Source: Macrostomum lignano
Taxonomy: Eukaryota
Length of the DNA stretch: 64,000 nt
Assembly: GCA_002269645.1 (NCBI GenBank)
Contig: NIVC01003799.1
Coordinates: forward strand, 1 to 64,000
Direction: 5' to 3'
The notes under the pieces are model-generated. The model was not told where the DNA came from. It worked only from the letters and a program-made list of their open reading frames with translations, and ran no database searches. Positions 34,273 through 55,824 of this stretch are shown here, in pieces. Position 1 is the stretch's first letter, and every line of letters begins with the position of its first letter. A program made the position numbers and the translations under genes.

Positions 34273-36967
34273 TGCTGGTGAATATTGGTCCCGCCGAGGT
34301 CAGCTAGGGGTTCGTAGCACATATACACACACTGTCTCTCTCTGCCTCTGTGTCTTTGTGAGCCTCTGCAATTTTAACCTAGAGAGCGAGAGAGAGAGAG
34401 AGAGGCAGGCAGACTGCGGAACTGCTGGAGCCGAGGCCTGAGGAGGCTGAAAACGGGGGGTTGCAGGAACGGCCACTTGTTTTTCCTCCCAGCTGCAGCT
34501 TGTTGGTGTTTTCTCTGGAGCAGCAGGCGAGCCAACAGTTTATTGTTGCCGATTGCCGCTGCTGCTGATGCCTGATTGGGAAGCTGGATGATGGGAGAGA
34601 AAGAGGGGTGGGGTGGAGGGGAAGGGGAGAGAGGGGGAGAGGGGGGAGGGGGGAGAGAAGTCGCATCCATCAGTGCAGCGGGCTCAGATCCCGCAGAGAG
34701 ACAAATGGAGATTAGCCAAGGGTGCAGGGGATGGGGAGCTGCATGAGGAAGTTGAGTCGGTTCTCAGCCTGAGCCTCACCCTGTCCACTTTTCTATTCCT
34801 GGCCCGCTCCTGTGCGCGCCGAGTGGATGATGAAGGCGGGCCTCATCCCTGGTGTACGCCGCAGCGGTGAGTACACTGCTGGGCGTACGCGGGGAACGCA
34901 GATCCCATGCTGCCTTACCCTGCATGCATTGCATGTCCAGATCAGCTCATTATATTCTTGTGTCAGAGTCTTTCAGGACAGTGGAGAACTCTGTCAGGTA
35001 AAAAATTCCCATCAGTTGTTTAAAAAAACAGGCACTGGCCCAGACCAGTCTGCATAAATATTTAGTTATGATTTATCACCCGGATCATTTTAGCTTGATT
35101 GGGCACTGCTAATAGAATAAAATACACGGATTGCTTGAAGTAGGTCGGTGTGTGCCTCGATTCCTGGAAAAATTAACTGAAAGAAAATTCTGCCCATTTT
35201 GCTGGCTCCTGAGCACCAATACTGTACGCAGGCACGCCCTCGTACATGTACACTCACTCAAACAGGATGTACAGCGGGCCTGACTTTCCAGGCAGTGTAC
35301 ACTCTATGTGAGCTATGAAGTGGTGGGTGGATCCTTTAAAATGAGGATCTAAATGCACAGAGGGTTGCTGTATAATGACTTTAAATACGTTTCGGCACTT
35401 GAAGATTCTGCAATGAGAGCTCCATAAATAAAGACAGCAGAAAGACAAGAAGACGGAGACAGGTAGAGAGACATTGATTCGGTGAAGATGCTACCCTCTC
35501 AAATTTAGCCTCGGCTTTGCTTCCGTAAGTCGATTTTGCGAGACATTCTACTGGAACTCAATGAATAACCATGTGTGATATTCTGTCACAATTTTAACTA
35601 CGAGTAATTTGATATCAGAATCAATAAATCATAAGCTAGTGTGGCGGAAAGTATAAGCATTGAGCAGACTTGTGTCCTCGTCCTGAGGGCGGTTATTGGC
35701 TAGATCTCCATAAGAGAGGATCTGTGGCGAGTGTTCATCATACAGCATTATACGCAGCAAAGAATTGACACGCCGGTTGGTTTGAGTCAATGACAACTGA
35801 AGCTGAATTGGTGATAAGTTTTCACCCATTTCCGAGATGAAGAAGTTCTTTTAGTGTTTTCATTCATAACTTCTGCCACTTTAATATAACCTTGAGGTCT
35901 TATTGGTAATCGCTTCAGCAGCCTGTCTGAGCTCACATGTACTCCTACCTTTTGCCTTTGAAGTTCTGCCTTCGAAATTCATTAACAAAGTAACGCAAGT
36001 AACGAGCGTAATCAGACAAAAATGAATAGAGCTAAAGTCTATCTAGACAAATAGATTTAGAGATTTAGCTATTATTATTATGTCGCGCTTGCATTTTAAA
36101 CCTGTCAGTCTTCAGATAAATTAGTCTAAAAACTCTTTTTCGAACTAAATTAACTTGATTTGAAATGCTCAAGAATAAATCTCATATTGACACAGTTGGT
36201 ACAACCAGAGAACCTGGAGAGCCATACGGATACTTCTGGGGCGTGGGACTTCAAGTGATTTTTTATTTCAGCATCAAGTTTTGCAAAGTTGCAGTCATTC
36301 AATAAAAAATATAGTACGTATTATCCGTATTGCTATAGGCTGGCGCAAAAACTAAAACTGTTCTAAGAACTGCGTCGGTGCATCTTTCAAGCTAAGATAA
36401 AGTTAGTAACCCAGTCACAGTAAGACTTCATGTTTTTACACTTTTGTCTTGATCGCGTTGTACGTGTTATCTAAGGATAGATAACTAATTTTACTGGCAC
36501 AATTCTGTTTAAATCAGACCAAGTGACACTTCTTGAACTTCATACAATCCCGTACCAAAATTTAGACTGTAATTATCTAATTTATTTTTTACCTAAGCAA
36601 GTACTGTGATTCTAATTTTGTTATTAAATACTTCTTCTAGCTTTGGGATCTGAGAGATCGCCAAGCCTCATTTGTCAAACCTGATTCCCTTCTTTTCACA
36701 TTCGATGAGATAGTAGTTGAAATAATTTTGAATTTTTTTATTCGAACGAAACTATAGACGACGTAGCAATAAAACAAAACATAATATTGAAAAATAGGTA
36801 TACTAAATTTAACGTCACTAATGTTTCTGTCATTATTTAGTAAAACTTTTAAAAATATGTGGTATTAATAAGCACAATATAAGTGTTATCTTTGCAATGC
36901 TACTGTAAACTGCGACTTTTAACACCGATTTTATCAGATAATTTTTGCTCCTCATTCAGCGCGGATA

Positions 36968-46025
<9,058 letters not shown>

Positions 46026-46254
46026 TCATCAAGCTGCTGTGTTGGCGGCAACTTCTGACCCCCGCCTTTTTTCCCGGCTTTGTAGCTCCTGGTCAAAGTC
46101 AATGCTCGGCGATCTGCTTTGCGAATTCTTTTGCGACTGGCTGGAGTCGTTTTAATTTGGGTCGGAATTTGATCATTAATAATGGCTTGTGGTAACTGAT
46201 TTATTTGTGAATGATGAGGATTGATGATGACTCCTTATAAAATAATGATTGTTG

Positions 46255-47105
46255 GCTGATCAGAAAATATTGATTAAGACTCATTATAAAATGATGAATG
46301 ATGACCCATTAGAAAATGATGATTGACGACTCATTAGAAAATGATGATTATGACTCATTATAAAAATGATGAATGATGGCTTATTAGAAACTGATGATTG
46401 TTGACTCATTAGAAAATGATGATTGATGACTCATCACAAAATGATGATTGATGACTCATCAGAAAATGATGATTAATGACCCATTAGAAAATGATGATTG
46501 ATGACCCATTCGAAAATAATGATTGATGACTCATCAGAAAATGATGATTGATGACCCATTAGAAAATGATTATTGATGACCGATTAGAAAATGATGATTA
46601 TGACTCATTAGAAAATGATGAATGATGACTCATTAGAAAATGATGATTTTTGGCTCATCAGAAAATGATGATTGATGACTCATTAGAAAATGATGATTAA
46701 TGACCCATTAGAAAATGATGATTGATGACTCATCAGAAAATGATGATTGATGACTCATCACAAAATGATGATTGATGACCCATTAGAAAATGATTATTGA
46801 TGACCGATTAGAAAATGATGATTGATGACCCATTAGAAAATGATGATTGATGACCGATTAGAAAATGATGATTGATGACCGATTAGAAAATGATGATTGA
46901 TGACTCATCAGAAAATGATGATTGATAACCGATTAGAAAATGATTATTGATGACCGATTAGAAAATGATGATTGATGACCCATTAGAAAATGATGATTGA
47001 TGACCCATTAGAAAATGATTATTGATGACCGATTAGAAAATGATGATTATGACTCATTATAAAAATGATGAATGGTGGCTCATTAGGAAATGATGATTGT
47101 TGATG
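46255..47105. repeat. 25-bp minisatellite 3' of CAMK4
   Basis: GATGAC(T/C)CATTAGAAAATGATGATT units; many contain TGACTCA. Confidence 0.95.
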
Positions 47106-47869
47106 ATGACTAGTTCGTGAATGACAGATAACTGGCTTAGTGATTAACGATTGCTGTCGACTATTTTTGTTTTGATTTCGAATGAAGTCCCAGGTAGAGA
47201 CAGATTAAAGTGTAGGATTTTTTCAGCTCCAAATTCAGTCATTATAACTAATTTTATATGACTTGTTTTTATTGAAATCTACTTATTTGTTTATTCTCTT
47301 TGTTGTTGATAAGTCTTCTTTGTGTACCTGCTGCCGCTATTGAACACAACTTCCCCAACCAGCCCCTTTCAGACAGTTGTAACTCTCCTTTGCTATTTGC
47401 TATTCGACCTCAGTATTTGCAGATCTTCTCAACTCAAAAGGTTGATTTTAGACGCTAATAAAAATAGGTTTATGTGAGCCGCTATTTATTCATCTGGCAA
47501 ATTTTACAGCTTTGTATTCTGAAAATTAGACGTGTCGCAGATTTTTCTTTCCAACTGTTTTTTAAGAGACTCTTCACATTGAAAACTGTTTGATTAGAAA
47601 AAATAAAACTGCACTCGAGTCCCTTCTACTCTACTTATAGCTACTCGAGTAAAGTAGTATCTTGATAAATGAATTTTCCTTCTTATGCGTTTTTTATTTC
47701 ATAACAATTACAACAAAGCATACATATATATATATATTTATTCAATGAATGACTTTACTTTATATCTGCGTAATCGCATGCAGAGATGAGAGACTGACGC
47801 TGCATCAGGATTTGGGATTAACATTTTAAATGGGCTGTTAAAAGAGTGGGAGATCCAGAAGAGAGTCGC

Positions 47870-48590
47870 TTTGTAGGGGCAGGGAGTGAGGTTGGTGTCT
47901 CAGAGAGTGAGGGGTAGCGGGCAAGGAGTGGGGTTGGTGCCTCAGATAATGAGGGGTAGCGGGGAAGAAAGTGGGGTTGGTGCCTCAGAGAGTGAGGGGT
48001 AGCGGGGCAGGGAGTGGGGTTGGTGCCTCAGAGAGTGAGGGGTAGCGGGGCAGGGAGTGGAGTTGGTGCCTCAGAGAGTGAGGGGTAGCGGGGCAGAGAG
48101 TGGAGTTGGTGCCTCAGAGAGTGAGGGGTAGCGGGGCAGGAAGTGGAGTTGGTGCCTCAGAGAGTGAGGGGTAGCGGGGCAGGGAGTGGGGTTGGTGCCT
48201 CAGGGAGTGAGGGGTAGCGGGGCAGGGAGTGGAGTTGGTGCCTCAGAGAGTGAGGGGTAGCGGGGCAGAAAGTGGGGTTGGTGCCTCAGATAATGAGGGG
48301 TAGCGGGGCAGGAATTGGGGTTGGTGCCTCAGATAATGAGGGGTAGCGGGGCAGAAAGTGGGGTTGGTGCCGCCTCAGAGAATGAGGAGTAGCGGGGCAG
48401 GGAGTGGGGTTGGTGCCTCAGATAATGAGGCGTAGCGGGGGCAGGGAGTGGGGTTGGTGCCTCAGATAATGAGGCGTAGCGGGGGCAGGGAGTGGGGTTG
48501 GTGCTTCAAAATGAGGGGTAGCGGGGGTAGCGAGTGGTGTTGGTGCCTCAGAGTGAAGGGTTAGCAGGGCTAGGGAGTGGGGTTGACGGC
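47870..48590. repeat. 43-bp G-rich minisatellite with G-quadruplex potential
   Basis: GGGGCAGGGAGTGGGGTTGGTGCCTCAGAGAGTGAGGGGTAGC; four G-runs per unit. Confidence 0.95.
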
Positions 48591-48772
48591 TCAGAGATAT
48601 AGAAGGACAGAATAAGATGGCAGTGTTTTTTCTTAATGAGAGGTCAAATCAATCGGAAATGACCATTGGGTAAGAGCGAGCCACATGCACATGTAACAAG
48701 AAAAAGCTGACCGCTTTCTCTGCTTTTACTAAAAAAGCAATTTGAATCTTGGTGAATCGATTCGAGCTGCAT

Positions 48773-51700
48773 TCATGCACAGACATCACCAGCTTCATCT
48801 GCAGCCTCCATTTGGACCGGCGGCTGCGGCGGCTGCGACTTCTGGTCCCGGTTTAGTCGAAGCCTCTGAAGCCGCCGACTTCTCGAATTCGGCGAAGCCA
48901 GCGCCTGCATCCGCAGGTGCTGCAGCTCCGCGTCTTTGCGCTGACGCTCGTATTTCCAGTTGCGCTCCACGTCTGAAATTTGGGAAGATGACTTGTAGCG
49001 AGAAAAACTGCAGTGAGGCCAAGTGGGAATCGGCAGTCTTACACTGGTAGTGCGGATTCCTTGGTGCCCAGCGCAGCTTCTCCCAGGCGAACAGGAGCGC
49101 CAGCAGCAGCGCCAGGCAGACCGCCAGCGCCAGCAGCTGCAGCCGGTTGGCAACGAAGAGGGAGCGGGCCACCACCTCCGGGCTCTGTGGATCTTCGGGT
49201 GGCTGAAATGCGAGACAGACATCCGCCTCACTGCCAGTGTGCTCAGATCCCCACTCCCGCAGACACCTGCCTCAATGCCATGCAGTGTGCTCAGATCCCC
49301 ACTCCCTCAGACACCTGCCTCACTGCCATGCAGTGTGCTCAGATCCCCACTCCCTCAGACACCTGCCTCACTGCCAGTGTGCTCAGATCCCCACTCCCTC
49401 AGACACCTGCCTCACTGCCAGTGTGCTCAGATTCCCACTCCCTCAGACACCTGCCTCACTGCCAGCGTGCTCAGATCCCCATTCCCTCAGACACCTGCCT
49501 CACTGCCCGTGTGCTCAGATCCCCACTCCCACAGACACCCGCCTCACTGCCAGTGTGCTCAGATCCCCACTCCCACAGACACCCGCCTCACTGCCAGTGT
49601 GCTCAGATCCCCACTCCCGCAGACACTCGCCTCACTGCCAGTGTGCTCAGATCCCCACTCCCTCAGACACTCGCCTCACTGCCCGTCCGTTCAAAAGTGA
49701 AGCAAGCAACTCAAATTCTTATGCCTTAGTCATAGCATGAGGCTTTGTGCAAACTTTTTTATAATTATCAGGATTCTTTGGGAAAAATCTAGGAAAAGAA
49801 GAGTAACACAGGAAATAACTTATTCTGATAACTGAAGTTTGCTGGCAGTCTGTAGTGCACAGACTCGAATGAAAAGAAAAGGAATTCGAGAAGATTTAGA
49901 CAACTGATGAAAGGCCTGCAGTCTGAGTGGGGGGGGTAGCGAGCTTCAGCTGATCAGCAGATAAATAAGTGCGGATGGACAGCCGCGACAGAAGCCAGAT
50001 CAGCCCTGCATGGTCCCACTTAGAGCTGGCCGCAAATGAAAATTTTGCATCCCAGAGATTGGATTTGGCGAGCGAAGTTCGCATGCATTCTGTTTTCCCA
50101 TCGGCATGCGGCAGCGGAGAGGATCCGGGATCTCGGGAACTCGCGATGTTGCATCAATGCTGAGTGATCTCGAAGGATGAACAACATTTTTAAATCATGA
50201 GAAATCCCTGAGGATTCTCCTTCAAGTCGAAGCCAGAGCCTTCATCATGTGCAGCTGCACTCGCATGTAACACCTCAGGAGCCATCGCCGACCTCTTCCT
50301 GATAAAATCTCAGACGAATCTATATGAACTCCCACGACTCCCATCCTAATCCCATGGAATCCCACTCGAATCTCACCCGAGTCCCACTCGAATCCACTGG
50401 AAGTCCCACCCGAATCCCGCCCGAATCCAATGGAAATCCCACCTGAATCCCACCCGAATCCCACCCGAATCCCACATGAATCCCACCCGAATCCCACCCG
50501 AATCCCACCCGAATCCCACCCGAATCCCGCCGAATCCCACCCGAATCCCACCCGAATCCCACCCGAATCCCGCCCGAATCCCCCCCGAATCCCACCCGAA
50601 TCCCCGAATCCCACCCGAATCCCACCCGAATCCTCTCGAGTCACCCCGATCTCCTCGTCCGCGTGCGCCAGCCCGGCCAGCCGTCCGTAGACGCTGAGCT
50701 GCTGTCCGAGGAGGCGGCTGGCAAGACACTCGGACAGTTTGTCGGGCAGGCCGCGGATGAGGAAGCCCCGCAGAGTGGGCCGCCTAACGAGCATCGGCTG
50801 GGAGACGCCGGCGGCTGCGGAGGCCCGCAAGCGGTGCGGGTGCTGCTGGCGGACGTGAAGGTACATGAAATGCTCCATCAGGACGCCGTGCGGAGGTTGC
50901 GAGATCCCCTGAGTGTCGTTGGACGGCGAGGACAGGCGGCCCTTAGGAGGCGACGACGCGGCAGCAGAAACCAGATCGGTCCAGGTGGGCACGACTGCGA
51001 TGATCCGAGAAGCATGAAGGGATCATGAAGGGAGAGACATGAAGGGGGAGGCGTGAAGGGAGAGGCCTGAAGGGAGAGGCGTGAAGGGAGAGGCGTGAAG
51101 GGAGAGGCGTCAAGGGAGAGGGAACAACCAAGCTTCATCACCAGACTCAAGCCGCCTCACCAACAGGGGCAGAACCGAACTCGTAAACCAAGCTCTCCTC
51201 GTGCGATCCGTCCAGCACAATCATCTGCAGTGCGAGCAGGGTACCAATGAGAATGAATGAGTAGCACAGGTATTATTGCCACGCGAAAATGCGCTGCAAC
51301 TGCCAAAACCAGCCTCACCCCCGCATCGATAAGTTTGGCGTCATCAAACTGCTGCATGCCCTGAGCGCTGAGCGCCGCAGTGATGCCAGCGGTGAACATT
51401 GACACGGCAACCAGGCCAAAGCTGATCCAAGCGAAGGCGAACAAACGGCCGCACACTGACTTGGGCGACCGATCACCGTAGCTGGGCGACGGGGGTTGAA
51501 TGGGCATGTTGCGGAGTAAGGTGGGTGCTAGCGGAGTGAGGTGGGTGCTAGCGGAGTGAGGTGGGTGCTAGCGGAGTGAGGTGGGTGCTAGCGGAGTGAG
51601 GTGGGTGCTAGCGGAGTGAGGTGGGTGCTAGCGGAGTGAGGTGGGTGCTAGCGGAGTGAGGTGGGTGCTAGCGGAGTGAGGTGGGTGCTAGCAGAGTGAG

Positions 51701-52739
51701 GTGGGTTCTATCAGAATTTGGTGGCTATTAGAAATTTACTATATTGTGATTGGAGTGGAGTGGGTGGTTCTAAACTTCCAAGCAAAGCCAATTCCAAACC
51801 AAATTACTTACCCAACAGTAGTCATGGTGATGAAGGCCCACCAGCAGCCCTCCCAGAAGCCGCGCACGAACGGCCTGGGAAATTCTTGCGAGTTGCGCAG
51901 CCGCTCTAGCAGCCAGATGGCGATGCCGGCGTAGCCGCAAGACAGCAGGATGACAAGCAGCAGCGGCCAGGCCTGCGCCACGGTGCGCAGCTGCCACGCG
52001 CCGTCGTCAGCATGCGGGCCGCCAGTTGTGTCCAGCCAGACCGCTCCTGGAAGTGAGGAGGTTCTGATGGAGACGGGCGTCGCTGGCCTATGCAGAGCCC
52101 ATTAGATGGGACATTTCTAATAACCGACTAGGTGCACAGATAAGGGCACAGATAAGGGCACTGATAAGGGCACTGATAAGGGCACTGATAAGGGCACTGA
52201 TAAGGGCACTGATAAGGGCACTGAAAAGGGCACTGATAAGGGCATTGTTGAGGGCAGTAATAAGCATCTCTTAATTTAATCTAATAAGTTAAATAAGTTA
52301 AGATCTGTGTTTGAGTTCTTAATGCTCAGTGGCTTCCTTTCAGACGTAAAATTGCAAACATCGGCCTTCACAAATGTCCAAGAAAGGCCAGACCTGGCGA
52401 CCTGGCCACAGGCAGGAACTGCACCGCGGCCAGCCGGTCCATCAGCGGAGTCCAGGTCGCCGGGAACCCGACGTTGCAGTTGCCTTCGGCAGTGGCGGCC
52501 AGCAGCCTGCTCTCGCTGCTCAGCTGGTGCAGCCGGTAGCTGAAGGCGCCGGGGCCGCGCCATTCAGCGGCGCACTGGTCGAGACCGGACCGCGCCAGGT
52601 CCCAGAAGACACCCTCGATGCCGTCACTGAGGTCGCCGATGTCGCCGCCGCTGATCGAGAGGTTGGCAGCCCGCTGCTGCGGCTGGCGCCAGTCGGAGAA
52701 GGGTGGCTGGCTGTGGAAGCAGATGTCCAGCACCTGCAT
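48773..52739 (-). CDS. GluR0/AvGluR1-like ligand-gated channel: S1-M1-P(TTVGYGD)-M2-S2-M3 plus cytoplasmic tail (N-terminus and one junction unresolved)
   Basis: Exons 52739-52394, 52046-51812, 51481-51319, 51224-51161, 50994-50645, [unresolved segment ~50300-50225], 49202-49043, 48972-48773. S1-like VLDICFHSQPPF...IEGVFWDLA; M1 AWPLLLVILLSCGYAGIAIWLLE; pore GFWEGCWWAFITMTTVG|YGD; M2 LFAFAWISFGLVAVSMFTAGITAAL; S2-like MIVLDGSHEE...GVLMEHFMYLH; extra TM LQLLALAVCLALLLALLFAW. Confidence 0.85.
49225..49685. repeat. 44-bp intronic minisatellite
   Basis: CTCACTGCCAGTGTGCTCAGATCCCCACTCCCTCAGACACCTGC units. Confidence 0.95.
50335..50640. repeat. 11-bp intronic minisatellite
   Basis: CCCACCCGAAT units. 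Confidence 0.93.
51015..52245. repeat. Three short intronic arrays in the channel gene (14-bp 51015-51120; 20-bp 51520-51708; 12-bp 52140-52245)
   Basis: GAAGGGAGAGGCGT, GTGGGTGCTAGCGGAGTGAG and GATAAGGGCACT units, each in a different intron. Confidence 0.9.
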
Positions 52740-52894
52740 CTGATTGGCAGGTCCGTAGATTCTCTTCTTGATCTGTAGATTGGTATCTAAATGTAGCAGA
52801 TCTATAGGTAATCACTGTATAGATCTATAGATATCGCAGATCGCAACTAGATCTACGTAGGTAGATTAGATCTACAGAAAGAGTACGTCTGTAG

Positions 52895-53475
52895 ACGCAG
52901 CTAGAACTGTAAATTAGGTAGACCTGTAGACGCAGCTAGATCTGTAGATTAAAGACCTGTAGACGCAGCTAGATCTGTAGATTAAAGACCTGTAGGCGCA
53001 GCTACATCTGTAGATTAAGTAGACCTGTAGACGCAGCTAGATCTGTAGATTAAGTAGACCTGTAGACGCAGCTAGATCTGTAGATTAAAGACCTGTAGGC
53101 GCAGCTAGATCTGTAGATTAATAAGTAGTCCTGTAGACGCAGCTAGATCTGTAGATTAAGTAGACCTGTAGACGCAGCTAGATCTGTAGATTAATAAGTA
53201 GACCTGTAGACGCAGCTAAATCTGTAGATTGAGTAGACCTGTAGACGCAGCTAGATCTGTAGATTGAGTAGACCTGTAGACGCAGCTAGATCTGTAGATT
53301 AATAAGTAGACCTGTAGACGCAGCTAGATCTGTAGATTAAGTAGACCTGTAGACGCAGCTAGATCTGTAGATTGAGTAGACCTGTAGACGCAGCTAGATC
53401 TGTAGATTGAGTAGACCTGTAGACGCAGCTAGATCTGTAGATTGAGTAGACCTGTAGACGCAGCTAGATCTGTAT
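52895..53475. repeat. ~35-bp minisatellite
   Basis: GTAGACCTGTAGACGCAGCTAGATCTGTAGATT(A/G)A units. Confidence 0.95.
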
Positions 53476-54044
53476 ACAGCCGACCGATCACTAGAGCTCC
53501 TTGCTGAGACCTGAGCCGGACTCTCCGGTAATGAATTTTAGCAGCCTGACCGACTCGCACCGTCTCTCGCGGCAGAAGCTCAGCGAAGCCAGCTGGTGCA
53601 TTGAAATTCCACGCAAATGCAGCGCGCGTCGGGAGGGGGCTGCTGCCCGGCCAAAACTTGGACCTATGAGGTGCAGCCTTTTACTGCCTGGCTGAAGTCG
53701 GCTCTTTGGGATCGGCTCTGCTTCTTTCTTTAGGGTTGGCGATTTATGAGAGCATAATTCTGAGTAAAATAATAAGCCTGGCAACTATTGTGCTCAGATT
53801 GTGAGTGTGAATATTGTCAGGCTGGCGATGAGGGTGAAACATGACTCATCTGGAGTCATGTCAACAGCGTTTGAGACCATGGGAATTACACCTGGAGGTA
53901 ATTTCCTTCGCTAGAATAACTTTTGCTTGGTTACAGTTCTTCTAGGATTGCTTGTTAGGGAATTCCCCTTGGCTGTTCTATTACAGCGGAGGATTCTACG
54001 TGGTAGTTCTACAGATTGGATAAAATTTTATCGGCACTACCATT

Positions 54045-54695
54045 GCTAGGGGGAATCCTCCTTAGCGGTAATACTGCTAGGTGGATTCTCCTTGGTTATA
54101 ATACTGCTAAGGGGAATTCTCCTTGGAGGTAATACTGCTAGGGGAATTCTCTTTGGTAGTAATACCTCTAGGGGAATTCCCCTTGGTGATAATACTGCTA
54201 GGGGAATTCTCCTTGGTGGTAATACTGCTAGGGGAATTATCTTTGGTGGTAATACCTCTAGGGGAATTCTCCTTGGAGGTAATACCTCTAGGGGAATTCT
54301 CCTTGGTTATAATACTGCTAAGGGGAATTCTCCTTGGAGGTAATACTGCTAGGGGAATTCTCTTTGGTGGTAATACCTCTAGGGGAATTCCCCTTGGAGG
54401 TAATACTGCTAGGGGAATTCTCCTTGGTGGTAATACTGATAGGGGAATTCTCTTTGGTGGTAATACCTCTAGGGGAATTCTCCTTGGTGGTAATACTGCT
54501 AGGGGAATTACCTTTGGTGGTAATACCTCTAGGGGAATTCTCCTTGGAGGTAATACCTCTAGGGGAATTCTCCTTGGTGGTAATACTGCTAGGGGAATTA
54601 TCTTTGGTGGTAATACCTCTAGGGGAATTCTCCTTGGAGGTAATACCTCTAGGGGAGTTCTCCTTGGTGGTAATACTGCTAGAAGGAATTCTCCC
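54045..54695. repeat. 33-bp minisatellite
   Basis: GGGGAATTCTCCTTGG(T/A)GGTAATAC(TG/CT)CTA units. Confidence 0.95.
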
Positions 54696-55159
54696 CAGTG
54701 GTTCAACTGATCTACTGTTTAGTATCTTCAGTAGATCCAGTAGAATTACCAACAGGGGTAATTCTTATTGGCGGTACTACTACTGAGGAAAATTGCTATT
54801 TTTTCGGTTAAGCTGCTGGGGTACAATTCCCTTTGGCACTTCTACTTCCTAAGTAAAAAATCCTGGCAGAAAACCCCGACACACCAAAGCAGACAGACAG
54901 CTACAAGGTTAAGAGATTGCCAGAGTAGGCTATTAATTTCTGAATCAGGACTGGAGCAGTCTGATCCTATTTGAGTAACATCTGACGTCTACAAGGGGAG
55001 GCAATAAACCTCCCAATCCCTAGATAATACTCGTAATTCCCATTTGTAAATGACAAATGGATCTGTAGCGACGTCACTTAACTATCATGATTGATGCACT
55101 TTAACGGCTTATGTTATTGCTTCTAAGTGAACGGCAAAATTTGTCTGCTCTCTTGTAAT

Positions 55160-55420
55160 AGCGAGGGAGGTCAGAAGGGGAGGAGGGTCAATGAGGGGAG
55201 GGAGGTCAGAGAAGGGAGGAGGGTCAATGAGGGGAGGGAGGTCAGAGAAGGGAGGAGGGTCAATGAGGGGAGGGAGGTCAGAGAGAAGAGAGGTCAGAGA
55301 AGAAGGGAGGTCAGAGAAGAAGGGAGGTCAGAGAAGAAGGGAGGTCAGAGAAAGGAGGTCAGAGAGAGAGAGAGAGAGAGAGAGAAAAGAGGTCAGGGAG
55401 GTAAGGGAGGTCAAAGTAAC
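55160..55420. repeat. Purine-rich GGGAGGTCA(G/A)-type repeat
   Basis: Seen directly in the sequence. Confidence 0.85.
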
Positions 55421-55824
55421 GAAAGACCTCCAGGAGTTTTGGTAGCTTCAAAAAGAAAAGCGCAGTAAAAGTAAAAAATGTTTAGAAAGGAATTATTTAT
55501 ATTAAGTAATTAAATAACGCTACAGTGCTTTGAACTGGCCATCTGTACGCGTTTATTTCGAGTTGAATTCATTCATATTAACGGTACCAGTCAGACGGTG
55601 TCAAACAATAATACTGAAATGCAATTTAAAGTTAAAACAGGCAATTCAAAGGCAATTTTAGTGCTGCGCATCAGCAGGTACTTTGAACAGCTGCCGATAA
55701 AAATCATATTTGCTTTAGCCGCAAAGCTTGTATGTAAAAAATTAAACCTTGGTTAATAAAGCAGACAAATGCTGAAGAGGAGTACATGTGCACTTATGCA
55801 AAAGTACAAAAGTAGCCGGAGCCC

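Noticed and set aside
35254-35829. Small ORFs between ANKDD1 and CAMK4
   Set aside because: No recognisable domain, AT-rich codon usage and no consistent splice partners.
52047-52393. Alternative junction (donor near 52371, acceptor near 52088) adding ~20 aa before M1 of the K+ receptor
   Set aside because: It is in frame and cannot be excluded, but the shorter SPG|AVWL join gives a more typical S1-M1 distance; left unresolved without cDNA.
53491-53784. Signal-peptide exon for the K+ receptor
   Set aside because: Several phase-compatible readings exist, but none gives a convincing hydrophobic leader; not called.
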